Assembly (NCBI GenBank): GCA_963575745.1
Contig: CAUYUJ010000203.1
Span: forward strand, 310,001 to 374,000
DNA length: 64,000 bases
From: Prorocentrum cordatum
Lineage: Eukaryota
Direction of reading: 5' to 3'
Position numbers and translations under genes: made by a program
In this document: one piece after another, positions 12,801 through 25,345 of the stretch
Layout: each line of letters begins with the position of its first letter
How positions within the stretch are numbered: position 1 is the first letter of the stretch
The notes under the pieces: generated by a model
Told to the model about the DNA's origin: nothing
Databases searched by the model: none
The model's input: only the letters and a program-made list of their open reading frames with translations

Positions 12801-13779
12801 CCCCAACCCCCTTTCCAACAGGTCCAATCTCGTCCACTGCCCTCCCCACCCCCTGGGGGGAGGAGCAGCAAAAGGAGGGACAGGAGGAACAGAGACCTTC
12901 CAGTTCCTATCCTTTCCACCCTCCCCCTTGGATCCCTCCCACCCCAGCTTCTCCCCTTGGCCGCCCTCCCCCTGCCATCCCCCTCCCTCTCTTACTCTCC
13001 CTCCAGCTGCCCGTCTCCCCCCACTCCCTCCCCCGCGCCCTCCCCTCCTCCGCCATCCCATCGCCCGCAACCTCATCTCCAGAGAGACGGGAGCGAAACG
13101 CCGCTGCCCCGGGAGAAGGGCACCCGCCACGAAATGAACGTCCCACTTCTGGGCTCGGCCCAGGCGTTGCCCTCGCGTGCCGTGGCGTCGCCTCGGCTCT
13201 AGCAGCATCTCTGGGCAGAACGGAGCCGCCTCATGGCTTCAATGTGGACGTTTCCCTTCTGTGTTGGCTGTCTGATTTCTGGCTGTGAAGGGGTCTCAAG
13301 TGGGCAGTCGGTAGCAAGAACCCTCCGCGAGCAACCGAAACCCCAAATCCCGAGGACTTGTCGACTGACAATGAGCCTGGAACCCCGTCGGGGGGGTGCG
13401 CTGCAAACGCTCTCTAGGGCCAAAGAAACACCTCGCAAACATCTGTCATATCTGTTGGTGCGCGTCCCAGCTGATTGGCGCCGCCCGCACTGGAGTGGCG
13501 TGATGGAGGGGTGTTCTGGGAAGGCGGCGGGGCGTCCAAAAAGGAATGGGGGGCTTCCCAGAAGCCTGCCAAGCTCCGAATAAGCATCCCCAGAGGCTAG
13601 CCTCCAGGGCCTTCTGAAAAAGGCCCCGGATGCTTCTCAGAAGGCCGCCCCCCTCGCGCCACCCCCGTGGGCGCCGCAGAGCTGTCCTGCCCCAATCTGC
13701 TCCGGCGCGCCAGGCAGCCCCTTGCAGGGCCCCGAAGGTGGACGACGGGTGCACACGTCTCCACCCCACCACTCTTAAG

Positions 13780-13978
13780 AGGCCTCTCAGATGGGGTCGG
13801 AGTAGATGGGGTCCGAGGGTTGCGCCGCATCGCCGACGCATCGCCGATGCATCGGCGATGCACTGGCGACGTCGGCGATGAATCGGTGACGTTGGAGTGG
13901 GGAAAATTGGGCTCCGCATCAAGCCGTATGCGGCGCGATCCTCCGACCACATCTACTCGGACCCCACCTGAGAGGCCT
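13780..13978. mobile_element. Palindromic MITE-like family C
   Basis: ~50-bp inverted arms AGGCCTCTCAGATGGGGTCGGAGTAGATG... / ...CATCTACTCGGACCCCACCTGAGAGGCCT. A second copy is at 33346-33526. Confidence 0.75.
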
Positions 13979-14499
13979 AAACGTAAACAAGCTTGTTCCC
14001 GCATAGTATATATTCGCAAATGGTTTGGACCCGCCGAAGGGATTTACGATCCATTATATCGAAGCGAATATGTGATTTTTGTTTTCGAATGTTTGCGAAC
14101 ACGCACTTTGTTAGTAGAGGAACGCGCTCGGTGATGACTTCGTCCCCCCTCCCATTATGCAGCGCCTAAGCTGTACTTCCCCGTTTCTGCTCCGGCGCTC
14201 CCCAGGTCGTCCCAACTAGCTCAGCAGGACCCACGAATATCCCAGAGCGGTCTTAACGCCTCAACTTTGGAACGCGGAGCGCCCCAGGGGCGCCGCGGGA
14301 GGCGGCGCCACGGTGCTGAGACCGCCCCTGAAAATTCTCGGGGGGCTGTCTGAGGTCAACCAGGACTACCTGGGGGTGCTGTTTGCGCGAAGCCCGAAGC
14401 CTGTCAACCTGGACTGTAGCCCCCTTTCTGCTCCGCCGCCCCCGTGCCCTCCCCGGGGCCAGCCGCGCCGCTGCGACCGAGGCAGCTGGGCGGCGGATC

Positions 14500-14583
14500 C
14501 TCAGCGCAAGGGCCAGGCGCACCATGACGTCCTCACCCTTGTCGGCCACGCGCGCCATGGCTCCGTGCAGGGCGCGCAGGCAC
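14500..14583 (-). CDS. Candidate internal exon, unknown protein
   Basis: CCCGCAG|G acceptor and AG|GA donor around frame (R)CLRALHGAMARVADKGEDVMVRLALALR, with nearly all codons ending in G/C. Confidence 0.45.
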
Positions 14584-15134
14584 CTGCGGGTGCCTCTGTC
14601 TGCCTCCTCTACACTTCTGCCTCGCACCGCTGCCTCCTCCACATGTCTGCCTCGCACCGCTGAGGGTGGCCCTGCATCCGCAACAATGTTTTCCCTACCG
14701 CGTACACCGCGTGGGCTTACATGTAGCTTCCGCCCAGCGGGACGGCGTTCTCGCCGCGGCGCTGGCCGCCCCCTGCTTCTTCGCCTATGCGTTGTGCCTC
14801 CTCCAGGGTGGTTGTTGCGCGGCATGCTTGAATCGGGCGTCGGATAAATGATTAAAAACTCGTCCGACATTTGTCCAACGCCAAGCTCTGAAACTACAGA
14901 GGACTTCAACCCCCTGGAAAGTCTGGGGGGGACAGGCATGACGTCAGATGTGGCGCGGCAGGCAGAAGGGGGGAAGCATGACGCCAGGTATGACGCGAGC
15001 GTTCGTAGCTTGTTCCTCCCCTCGCTCCTCGCTGTGCCTCCCTCCCTCTCCCACCATCCCGCTTCAGCCCCTGTTGTTCCCTCTCTTTTCCACCTCCCTC
15101 CCTCTCTCTGTATGTATGTGTTGTATTGATGTGT

Positions 15135-16120
15135 GTCTCTCTCTCTCTCGCGCTTTCTCTCCCGTTGCCTCTCTCTCTCTCTCTCTGTATCTCTCACTCC
15201 TCGCCTTCTGTTCCTATTCCTCCTCCTTCCATCAACCTTCCCTCGTCCCTCCCTCTCCCCCCTTTCCTTTCCGTTCTCCTCCAATTATCCCTCCTCCTCC
15301 TCCTCCTTCTCCTCGTCCTCCTCCTCCCTTTCCTACTCGTCCTCCTCCTCCTCCTTCTCCTCCTCCTCCTCCTCGTCCTTCTCCTGCTCCTCCTCTTCCT
15401 CCTCATCCTCCTGCGCCTCCCCCTCCTGCTCCTCCTCGGCCTCCTATTTCCCCCGGATCCCGCTCTGGACTCGCCTCCAGTTCCTCCAGTTCCTCCGTCT
15501 CCTCCTCCTCCTCCTCCTCCTCCTCCTCCTCCTCCTCCTCCTCCTCCTCCTCCTCCCCCTCCCCCTCTTCCAACTCCCCGTCCTCGTCCATTTCTCCTCC
15601 TTCTCCTCCCTCCTTCTGCCCGCGAATTATCCCTCCCTCTTCCCTTTGTCCTCGTCCTCCTCCGCTGTCTCTTTTGATGTTGTTATCATGTGTAGTTCCC
15701 TTGTTCTTTCGCCCTGCGCACATTCGGCCGCCGAGGACTTGTCGTGAACGCAACGTAGCCAAGCCAGGATTTCGAAGCGGATCCAGCCGTGGCACCGAGG
15801 GCCGCCCCTTCCCAGAAAATCCAACCGTGGCGGCGAGGGCCACCCTCCAGAGGCCCCAAGGCGGGCTAAGCGCGTCGCATCTATATTCCTTCTCTTCCTC
15901 ACGCCTCCATCGTCCCTCGTCATCCACCCTCCTTCCACCGACTTCCTCCACCTCCTCCTCAGTTGTTCACTTCCTCCCTCCACCTGCTCCTGCTGCTCGT
16001 TTTCCTCCTGCTCCTACTCCTCCTCCTCTCCTCCTCCTCTCCTCCTCCTCCTCCTCCTCCTCCTCCTCCTCCTCCTCCTCCTCCTCCTCCTCCTCCTCCT
16101 CCTCCTCCTCCTCCTCCAGA
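15135..16120. repeat. (CT)n/(CCT)n polypyrimidine low-complexity tracts
   Basis: Directly visible. Confidence 0.9.
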
Positions 16121-16564
16121 GACAGCACAAGAAGATAGGTCGCAAACGCCCTCTCCCTGAGCTCCGCCGAAAGCGTGGCGAACCAGTAGCGGGCCACGAC
16201 GAAACCCGCCCGCGCCTCCAGACCGCCTCGCGGCTGCTCAGCTGGCGAGCTCCGCGGCCAGCCGGGCCGCACCCGCCGCCCGGCTATCGCCGCCCACGGC
16301 TGTGCGGAGTTGCCGGGCGGTGGTCCGGTGGAGCGCTACGCGCCCCACCACCGCCGAATCAGCGCGCTGGCGGCCGCCGCCGCAGCCGGGACGTCGCCGA
16401 GGCCCTGCGCCTGGTCCCGCGCCAGCCAGCGCAGCTGCTGGAGTGCCGCCTTGCCGTGGCGGCCGCCGGTCTCCAGCGCCAGCGGCAAAAATGGCCAAGG
16501 CGCGCGGCCCGACGGGTAGCGGCGCCGCTTGTCCGCCAGGGCACGCTCTTCTTTTTCTTCTGCT

Positions 16565-16745
16565 GCTTATTATTATTCTTCTTATTATTATTTCTCTTCT
16601 TCTTCGTGTTGTTATTATTCGTATTATTATTATTCGTATTATTATGAGTATTATTATTCTGATTATTATTATTATTATTACTATCATTATTATGATTACT
16701 ATTATTATTACTATTATTATCATTATTAGTATTATTATTATTATG

Positions 16746-16793
<48 letters not shown>

Positions 16794-17050
16794 TGTATTT
16801 TCATTATTATTTGCATTTGTATTATTATTAGTATTATTATTATTAAGTTTCTTCTTCCTCCACCTTCTCCTCCTCCTCCTTCTCTTCCTCCTCCTCCTCC
16901 TCCTCTTCCTCCTCCTCCTCCTCCTCCTGCTCACTCTTCCCTCCTCCTCCTCTTCCTCCTCCTCCTCCTCCTCCTCCTCCTCCTCCTCCTCCTCTTGCTC
17001 CTCCTCCTCCTCCTCCTCCTCCTCCTCCTCCGCCTTCTCCTCCTTTTCTT
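16565..17050. repeat. (TAT)n followed by (CCT)n compound microsatellite
   Basis: Directly visible. Confidence 0.95.
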
Positions 17051-18297
17051 CCTTTTCCCTCCTCGTCTGCCTTCCTTTCACCGCCCTGCTCCTCCTTCTC
17101 CTCACTCCCCACACTCCTTGCACCGCCTTCCCCCTCGGAAACTCCGACCCTTTCTCCAGGGCTGGTGATTCATCCCCGGGTGTTTGACGGTCCCAGAGCC
17201 CAGCGAGGGCCCCCGTCGTGATTTGGCCGCGACGCGAGCATGTAGGAGTCCCCATTCCTCCCTCTCCTCCACCCTCGAAGATTGCCAGAAACCCTTTCTT
17301 AGCACGACCGTCATTGAATTGAATTCAAAATTTGTTTAAAATGTAGGAACAATGTTGCAAACATGTTTTAAACATGTTTTGGCATGTTTCAAACATGTGT
17401 AACACATGCTATAGATATCTGAAAACATATTTGGCAACCTGCTTCCTCTCCATTGTGATCGTCTTCCACAACATTACTGCACGCTGCCATGGGCACTCCA
17501 CGTGCGCTCGGCACCGCATTCCGAGTGGACGCCAGCGGGGAAGCCAGTCGACGTCCAAAAATCATCGAAAACCTCTGGCGAAACGCACGTGGATGAGCGA
17601 AATCGCCCGGCGAGAGGGCGGCGGCCCCCCTCCTCCTCCTCCTCCTCCTCCTCCTCCTCCTCCTCCTCCTCCTCCTCCTCCTCCTCCTCCTCCTCCTCCT
17701 CCTCCTCCTCTCGGGCCGGGCGAGAGGGGGGGATAGCAAAGGGGGGGGTTTGAGAGTCAGCTCACGTAGCTGATTTTCCCGGCGCCTCCCGGCGCCGGGA
17801 GGCGCCCATGTATCGAGGAATGGGCCCGACGGCGGGGCCGAAACCAGCTGCATGCAGCAGACTTCGTAACCCCACCCTTCCCAATCCCCCCCCTTCGTTC
17901 GGCCCGACACCCTCCTCTGACACCCTCCCTCGATGATGACGATGGCGCGTGCCGATGCCGATGCCGATGCCGACGACGTCATCGTCGTCGGCACCATCCC
18001 CCCCCCCGTCGCGGCTCCCGCCCGCCGACGCAAGACCCGCGAGAGGGGGTTGGCGCCGCCCGCCCAGGCGGGCGAAGCCTGGAGCCCGCGGCGCCGTACA
18101 CGTCGAACGTCCTCGGGAACAGGGCGAGGTACGCCTCGCGGCGCGCGGGGCCGCCGGAGCGCAGGTCGTCGCCGTAACCGCCGACGCCGCCGTCGCTGCA
18201 GGGCGAGGTGCGCCTCGCGGCGAGCGGAGCCTGGGCGGCGCGCGGGTCGTCGCCGTCGCCGTCACCGTCGACGCCACCGTCGCTGTTGGAGATGGAG

Positions 18298-18430
18298 ATC
18301 TTCCACAAAGGAACCCCAACCCTGAGACCCCAGGACGTCCAGTGACTGTTGGTGTGGGAAGGTCACGCTTTCCATCGCAGAACCATCGACACCCAACCCA
18401 AGAAACCCTGGAGGCAAGCATAGTGTTTCC
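18298..18430 (+). repeat. ~130-bp dispersed repeat (other copies ~37968-38105, ~56066-56220)
   Basis: Shared CCACAA(A)G(A)AACCC(C)AACCCTG..GACGTCCA...CCATCGCA..A.CATCGA...AAGAAACCC...GGAGGCA(A/G)GCA. Confidence 0.8.
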
Positions 18431-19285
18431 TCCTCCTCGTCATGGTCGCTGTCGTCTTCTGGCCAGATCTTGGTCGGGGGCGGGGGGGGACCTCCTCCTC
18501 CTCCTCATCCTCGTCGTGGTCGTTGTCGTCTTCTGAGCAGACTTTGGTCGGGGGCTGGGGGGGGGGGGGGCGACCATCTCAGAAGGCAAAGGGGCCTCCC
18601 AGGGGGGGCCCGCCTCCTCCTCAGGGGCTTCGCGGAGGGCATCGTGCGCGAAGGTAGCCTTCTGGGAGGCGGGGCGCCTTCTCGGCTCACCCCACCCCCC
18701 TTCTCGGGTCCCCCCTCCCTGCCTGCTGTCTCCGCCCGGCCCCTCTTCCGCCTGCCCGCCTGCCCCGCCGGCCCTGACCTCCCGCCTGCGCGTTCGTCGT
18801 CGTCTGCCTGCTTCTCCACTCCTCTTCCCCCTCCGCCGGGCAGCACAGCCTACCCAGGACCAGCGTGGTGGCCCAGGCTTGCTTCAAGAACACCCTGGGA
18901 AGCCCCGCGATGATGGGCAATCTCGCTTTTTCAACCTCCGCTGATCTTTGGCAGTTGGCAGGCCCCGCTGGAACCACCAGCGAGCCCTCGCAAAGAGGGG
19001 GCCTCGGGCGCGATGAACGCCACCTGCTCCCAAACAGCTGCGGCACAATGTCGGCGTGCGGATTGCGATCCCCTACTCCTACTACTGTTTCGTTAGCCAA
19101 CCGACCAGCCACCCCAACAAATCCTCCGGGAAGCCCCCACCCTTCGCAGGTGCCGTCCTCTGCAGCGCGCCACTGAAGAGGGACGCGCGCGCAAGGCTGG
19201 CGAGGCGCGAGGCTTGCTGGGGCGGTACTGCGACGAGGTTCGCGGCGGTGCTTTCCCACGGTAGAGGCTTGCGGAGGTTGTCTTT

Positions 19286-19483
19286 TGGCGATGCGCCCGG
19301 GGGGGAAACGAGTCTGGAGGGGCCTTCTCAGAAGGCTCGGAAATCCCCCGGCCTTCTGAGAAGTTTTCTAAGGCTTCCTGGAAGACGCAAACAACCTCAC
19401 AAGGAAGCGATGGTTTCTGAGAAGTCCCGCCGCCTTCTGAGAAGGCATTATCCTTCCAACTTCTCCACCTCGCTCGCCGCCGA
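19286..19483. mobile_element. Palindromic MITE-like family A copy
   Basis: GGCCTTCTCAGAAGG ... CCTTCTGAGAAGG arms; ends CTCGCCGCCGA. Confidence 0.65.
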
Positions 19484-20460
19484 GTCTTCCCGAAGCCAGG
19501 ACAAGGACAACATCGGACAAAGATAGATTCGGGCGTCGCCTGATGGGGGGGCGATCAGCGGTGGGGGGAGAATGATGGTTAATTTCTCGGGCCCCAAAGA
19601 CTTCCTTCTGGACCGTGCAGGGCCCCTTCAGTGGCCTTAAAGGGCCCCTTTTCCGCAGCCCTCGCTGTCGCCCCCCATGCATCGCCCCCCCATTACGCGA
19701 CGCCCAACACATCGGAATATTTGAGAGCCAGCGGTTTTGGAAGATGTAACAGACGCCGCGGCCTTCTCAGAGCTTTCTGGAACGCTCTGGGACGACTAGC
19801 CCTTGTCCTAGCCCCGCCCGCTAAACCTCGGGCCCCAAGCCCTAAGACAACCAACAGAAAGAGGTCCGCGACGGCAAGCCTGTCTTTCGGATGGGGTCGG
19901 GACCTCCTGGTGCCGCGTCTTCTGTGGGATCTCATGGAGGCCTCCTATGTCACCTTGCTGGTCCTTGCGAGTCGACGCTGGCCGGAGCGAACCGACGAGA
20001 ATCTACGCCGATCGCACTGTTTCGACGCCACTCGACGCTGAACCGGCGCTTTCTAATCCATTACCAGACGCTTGGCGAGGCTAGTGCGCTCGAAGCACAA
20101 ACATTCGAGAACATGCAAGGCCCACATGCACATGATTTGCTGCCAAACACGTCGTAAGAATCGGGCAGGCGGTAATGGGGGGGGACCTAGATGTGGGTGA
20201 CGTGAGGGGCCCTGGAGGCCCCTTTCGTGCCCCGGCTCGCCCCCACAGGGTCTCTGAAGGGTCAGGGCCGTGATCGTCACCCATCATGCGGGCAAATCCC
20301 CACAGCCGCCCGCCCGAACGTCGTGAGAGAGACGCGACGCTGGAGGTCCGGGAGCGGCCAGAGGGCGGGAAAGCAGCAGGGGCAGAAACGGGGCGAGGTC
20401 GATCCGCGACGCCTGGGCCACGAGAGCTGAAGATGCGAAACCACGAGGTGGCTCCTCTTT

Positions 20461-20609
20461 GCAAGGGGGGAGCGAGAGGGGAGAAGGCTTCGTAGGAGGA
20501 GCCTGCTTCTGAGAGAGCGCCGGCCCTGCATCTACAGACAAGGCACGCGCCTTCTGAGGAGCAGCCTCCTCCTACGGTGCCTTCCCCCTCCCCCTACCCT
20601 CTCTGCGCG
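20461..20609. mobile_element. Palindromic MITE-like family B (other copies ~33201-33340, 48152-48304, ~56745-56865)
   Basis: A G-rich arm with GAAGGCTTC.TAG.AGGAG.CTGCTTCTGAG is mirrored by CCTTCT.AG.AGCAG.. plus a C-rich arm ending CTCTGCGCG. Confidence 0.65.
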
Positions 20610-21901
20610 TGGCCGATGAAGATGCGAAGCCACGAGGCGGCTCCTCTGGCGGTGGTCGATGCGCGCAGTGGTGACACCCCCAGGCTGATGGGGATACCGA
20701 GGGCGGGGGGGAGGGGGGAGGGGGAGAGAAGGGCAACAGGAGAGGAGGAACGACAGCGAGAATAGGAGGATGTAGGAGGGAAGAAGGCAGTAGGGGGAGT
20801 GTAAAGCGAGGGATGGACGGGAAAGGGGGCGACCTCGAGATCCGCCACCGTGCTGCAGGCAGTAAAAGGAAATTCGTCAATCCGCTGTGCCTTGGGACCG
20901 TAGTCGAGTGCCCCAAGGCTCATACAATCAGGACTGCCGGAGCATTCGTCCCGTAGTACTCCACATGTATATATGAACTGTTCCCATAGATCCAAGGTTC
21001 TGGGGTATGCTACCTCCCTGGCGCACTCATGCCCAAGATGGCTTCCAAGACGGCCTGAAGGCCACCCAGCTACTGAGACTTCCAAGCCAACCCAAGGGCC
21101 CCCCCCCCCAGAGAGAAAGAGGCCTGGCTCCTGGGCACCCAGGACACCAGAACCAATACCAGTTTCAGTCATGTTTCTCTGAACTGGGTTTGGTCCCATG
21201 CCTTATTCCTCAGGATGGTGCGCAGAATCCTCGAAAAGGCTTGGAAGGAGCCGCAAGACGGTCCATCACGGACTCTGGACGTACCCAAGACGGCCAAACT
21301 GAGCCCAAAAACGGCACAGTAGCGCCCAGCAGCCCAGCCGCGATGGTCAAAAGCAGCCCAAAAGCCCACGAGAGACCCCAAAGGATCCCAAGAGGTGTCC
21401 AACCCCTCGCCCTTCTCGTTCTCCTCGTCCTCCTCGTCCGCGCCGCCTGCCTCGTCGTCCTGCGCGGTCGCCCTCGACGTCCATTCCTCGTCCTCCTCCT
21501 CGTCCACGTCGTCGTCGTCGTCCTCATCGCACCACGGTGGACGACACTTTGGACGCCCGAAATGGATACGGAAACATGGGTACAATGCCCAACAACAAAT
21601 GTTGTCCAAAACCGACAGCGACCGCTGTTGGGCAGGCGGCCTCTTGTCTTCAAAGATCAACGTCCGCGGCGGCGCGGACAGCGAGTCCTTTTCTACATGC
21701 ACAAACTGCTCTTGGGCATCGCACCCAATCTCTCCATGCCCATGTCAATCGTCCCGAGACACGGGGGTTGGCGAATCATCGACACGCAGCCCGGCGCTGC
21801 TGACGACCACGTGCCCATAGGAAAGTGCCCAGCGGCGGGGCCAAGGCCAGCTGTACGCAGTAGCGCTCGGAATCCCCCGTTCCCCGACCCTCCCCCCTGT
21901 C

Positions 21902-22111
21902 TCGGCGGCGCGCTCGGGGGGCAAGGTGAGACGGGGCAGGCCTTCTCAGAGGCGGCGGGGCTTCTCGGAAGCCCTCGCGCCTTCGGAGAAGCGACTGTGG
22001 CCTCGGAGAAGTCTTGCCAGGCTTTTCAGGTGGCGCGAGGGCTCCTGAGAAGCCCCCGCGCCTTCTGAGAAGGCCTGTCCCTTCTCACTTCCCCCCTGGG
22101 CTCGCCGCCGA
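21902..22111. mobile_element. Palindromic MITE-like family A, best-preserved copy
   Basis: ~80-bp inverted arms TCGGCGGCG...GTGAGA.GGGGCAGGCCTTCTCAGA.GCG..GGGGCTTCTC.G.AGCCCTCGCGCC and their reverse complement at 22032-22111. Confidence 0.8.
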
Positions 22112-22404
22112 CGATCGTCCAACCCGGTCGACTCTGTCCCCGTTCGCGCGATCGTCCCCGGGACCGGTGCGCCTCAAAAGGGAGCCCCACGCGGGCCCAG
22201 CAGCCCTTCCTGCCCGTCATGTCAGCGAATGTCTTGTCCATCCTGCGCGGGCCGGGCGGCATTCCTCCTCGTCCTCATCCCCCTCCTCCTCCTTCTCCCC
22301 CTCTTGCACGAGAGCGTCCTGTTTGTCCCTCGGCTTCGTCCCTCGTCCTTCGGCCTCGTCCCTCATCCTCGTCCGTCCTTCGTCCCTCGTCCCTCCACCC
22401 TCAG

Positions 22405-22504
22405 NNNNNNNNNNNNNNNNNNNNNNNNNNNNNNNNNNNNNNNNNNNNNNNNNNNNNNNNNNNNNNNNNNNNNNNNNNNNNNNNNNNNNNNNNNNNNNNN
22501 NNNN
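22405..22504. other. Assembly gap (100 N)
   Basis: Run of N. Confidence 1.
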
Positions 22505-22679
22505 CCCCGCTCGGCTGTGCTCGGGCCCCCCCTCTCCCCCGGCCCTCTTGGCGGCCCTCGCGACACTCCGCGCGGAGGCCGGCGGCTGCGTGCTCGCATT
22601 GGAGGGGTGAAGCTCCGCGGGCCCCCGCCGTGGAGGCATCGCTGGGCGGCCCTGCGCCCGCGAGGAGAAGGACGAGCGG

Positions 22680-22990
22680 GGAGGAGGGGGAGGAGCAGAG
22701 GAGCGGGGAGGAGGAGGGGGGAGGAGGAGGAGGAGGAGGAGGAGGAGGAGGAGGAGGAGGAGGAGGAGGAGAAGGAGGAGGAGGAGGAGGAAAACAAGGA
22801 GGAGGAGAAGGAGGAGGAGGAGGGGGCAGAGGAGGAGAGGAGGAGATGGAGGAGGTGAACGGGGGAGGCCGAGGACACGGGGAAGAGGAAGACTGAGAAG
22901 ACTGAGACGAAAACACGGCGGGGCAAGGAGGGGGACGGAGGCCGAGGCAGGGAGGAGGAGGAGGAGGAGGAGGAGGAGGAGGAGGAGGAG
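22680..22990. repeat. (GGA)n microsatellite
   Basis: Directly visible. Confidence 0.95.
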
Positions 22991-23795
22991 GTGGCGAAAA
23001 GGAAAAGGGCCATCCTTCCCACCCCGCTTCCCCGCGTCCTGGCCTGTCTCGCTGCCGCGTCTGTCGCTCCGAGCCTCGCAACTCCCAGGAGCCAATCGGG
23101 CTCTCCTACGAGCGGTGGCCAGCGGGCCTGGCGGAAGCCGCGAGAATGGTACAACTTACGGACGCCGCTGCCACTGTGACAACAAATCCTGTCCGCGTGA
23201 AGGAGGAAAAACAGAAAGAGCATCTAGCCGACACGGCAAGAGTTTTACAGCTTCAGAATTGAGCCATGCGATCTCTGAACTGCTTACTCGAGGTAAAGTC
23301 TGGAAGGCGTAAACCGCTCACACATGAAATGATACACGCGAGTGCAATCGAAATGCAAATGCAGCTCCAGTCTAGCTCGATTAGAAAAACTCGTAGAGAA
23401 TAGAAGCGGTGCCGCCTTAGACTAACCCCCTTCTACAATCGCTGAGTGATATGCTCACCAGCACGCGGGCACTCATCGACTTACAAAAGGGGCAGGAGGG
23501 CGAGAAGAAAACTTGACCAGCATGGTCAGGGGGAGGCATGAGAACAGAAAGAAGACGAGGATGCGGAATGACATTGGGAAGGTAAGCGGAACAAAAACAA
23601 AGAGAGGAGGAGAAACGAACGAGAAGAAGCAGGAAGGAGGAGAAGAAAAGGAGAAGATGACTAGGTGGGTGGAAAAGGGCACGGGGAAATGGGAGCGGGA
23701 GAGAGGGATCGAAGAAGGAGGAGGGCCACAAAGCCGAGGAGGCGGAGGAAAGAGCGAAGAGGCACCGAGGAAGCCGTGGCGGGAGGGGAGCCAGG

Positions 23796-23855
<60 letters not shown>

Positions 23856-24344
23856 CGAGAAGCTTGCGTGAGTGAGTGAGTGAGTGAGAGAGTGAGTGAG
23901 AGAGAGAGGAAAGAATAATGCCAAATTGAGACGCGGCCTCTGGGTTGAAGGGCACGCCAGGGGGGGGGGGGGGCGACTCCGGGGCGCGGGGGAAACAGCG
24001 GCCTGAAATCGGCGATACCTCGCCGAGGGATCTGCGACAGCCTCCCAGCAGAGAAGCCGCGCGCTCCTGGGGCGGGCTGGGCCGTCGGGCCCGCGTCGGC
24101 GATGAACGGACGTCCTCCTCCTCCTCCTCCTCCTCCTCCTCCTCCTCCCGTCGGGCCCCCGTCGGCGAGGCATCTCTCCCGGAGCCCACCTCGGAGCAGG
24201 GCGACCTGAGACACGGCCGGCTCCGAGGCCGTGCCTGGGCCAGACCACTCCCAGGGCCCAGCCGCGCCTGCTTTCCGAGCTGCGTCCCGCCGTGGCGACG
24301 AGGGGGCGGCCCCCGAAGGCCAGCTGCCGTTGTCCAAACTCGCC

Positions 24345-24545
24345 CTCCTCCCCAGACATCCGACGTCTCGATTGTTGTCGAGACACAGCCCCCCGACCTC
24401 ACGACCGCTTCCCCAGGACTGGTTTTTCACCCCGAGTCGTTTTTTCTTGGCCCCGAGGCCCGGCGAGGGCCCCAGGAGGCCTAAAACGACCAAAAACGTC
24501 CGTCTCGATTTTTTCGAGACGCCCGATGTCTGGGTCTGACGATCC
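24345..24545 (+). repeat. Dispersed repeat family 'CAGACATCCGACGTCTCGAT' (copies ~54185-54480, ~60805-60990; inverted copies ~11560-11740, ~54950-55095)
   Basis: Shared CCCCAGACATCCGACGTCT...GAGACAC..CCCCCGA...CCCGAGTC...GGCCCCGAGGCCC..CGAGGGCCCC..AGGCC.AAAAC. Confidence 0.85.
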
Positions 24546-25054
24546 CCCCCCCTAACGTTGCCCCTGAATGGAGTCCGCGACCAGAAAAATCGACTGGAAA
24601 ACAGATGGCCACTGGCGCGCAAGCTTCTGTTGCATATCTTCGGGGGGCCTTTTGCCTGTCCCCTGGAGCCGCTCCCCGCGTCGAACCCGCATCGAACCCG
24701 TGCCGAGCGTGTCGAACCCGCGTCAAAATCAAGTCGAATCCACGCCGAATGTCCGTCGAATCTCCGTCAAACCCGCTCAGAACCCACGCTGGTTGCGAGA
24801 ACATGCCGCCATTCACAAGACAGGCGAGGCTTGGAGGCGGCTGTGCGAAAATCTGTCTAGACGGGGGAGGGGTACTGGCAAATCCGCTCAACATCGGACC
24901 CCAGATCCCTCCCATGGTCCACCTCGAGTCCGTTCTTGACGGTCCCGGGGTCCAAAAACGGCCCCTGGCGACAGAACAAAAAAAACATTCTCGAACCCAA
25001 AACCTCGAACCTCGCCCCCCTTCCTGCTGGCCGGAACCGGTTCTGGGCCACCTC

Positions 25055-25345
25055 TGTCATAGAAATCAGATTTCCAAGGGAGAAATTCATAGGATTTCGG
25101 GAACCTCCGATCTGGTACCGCTTCAACGTTTCAACGAAACCTCCGATCCGATTCCGTAACTATATTCAGTGCTCGAGCTTTCTGTGCGCGGCTTCATATC
25201 AGATACTGATTCGGCTCGTGAACGAGCCCACCCTTGTCCTGTGGACGAGAGTTACCTTTCCTATGTCATTATATAGTTCAATTGTTATCGGCATCGGCTA
25301 TATTTACGTACTCTCGCGAGTTACCCCGACGAGATTGATAAGAGG
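25055..25345 (+). repeat. 5' LTR
   Basis: Begins TGTCATAGAAATC and aligns along its whole length with 32746-33032. Confidence 0.95.

Noticed and set aside
18860..19075. Possible LINE RT fragment (LPKISGG / RLPIIAGLPRV, minus strand)
   Set aside because: It needs a frameshift and the motif is too short to support a call.
21530..21830. Possible DIRS-type RNase H relic (RSLSVLDN, minus strand)
   Set aside because: A single weak motif with no supporting RT or recombinase sequence.
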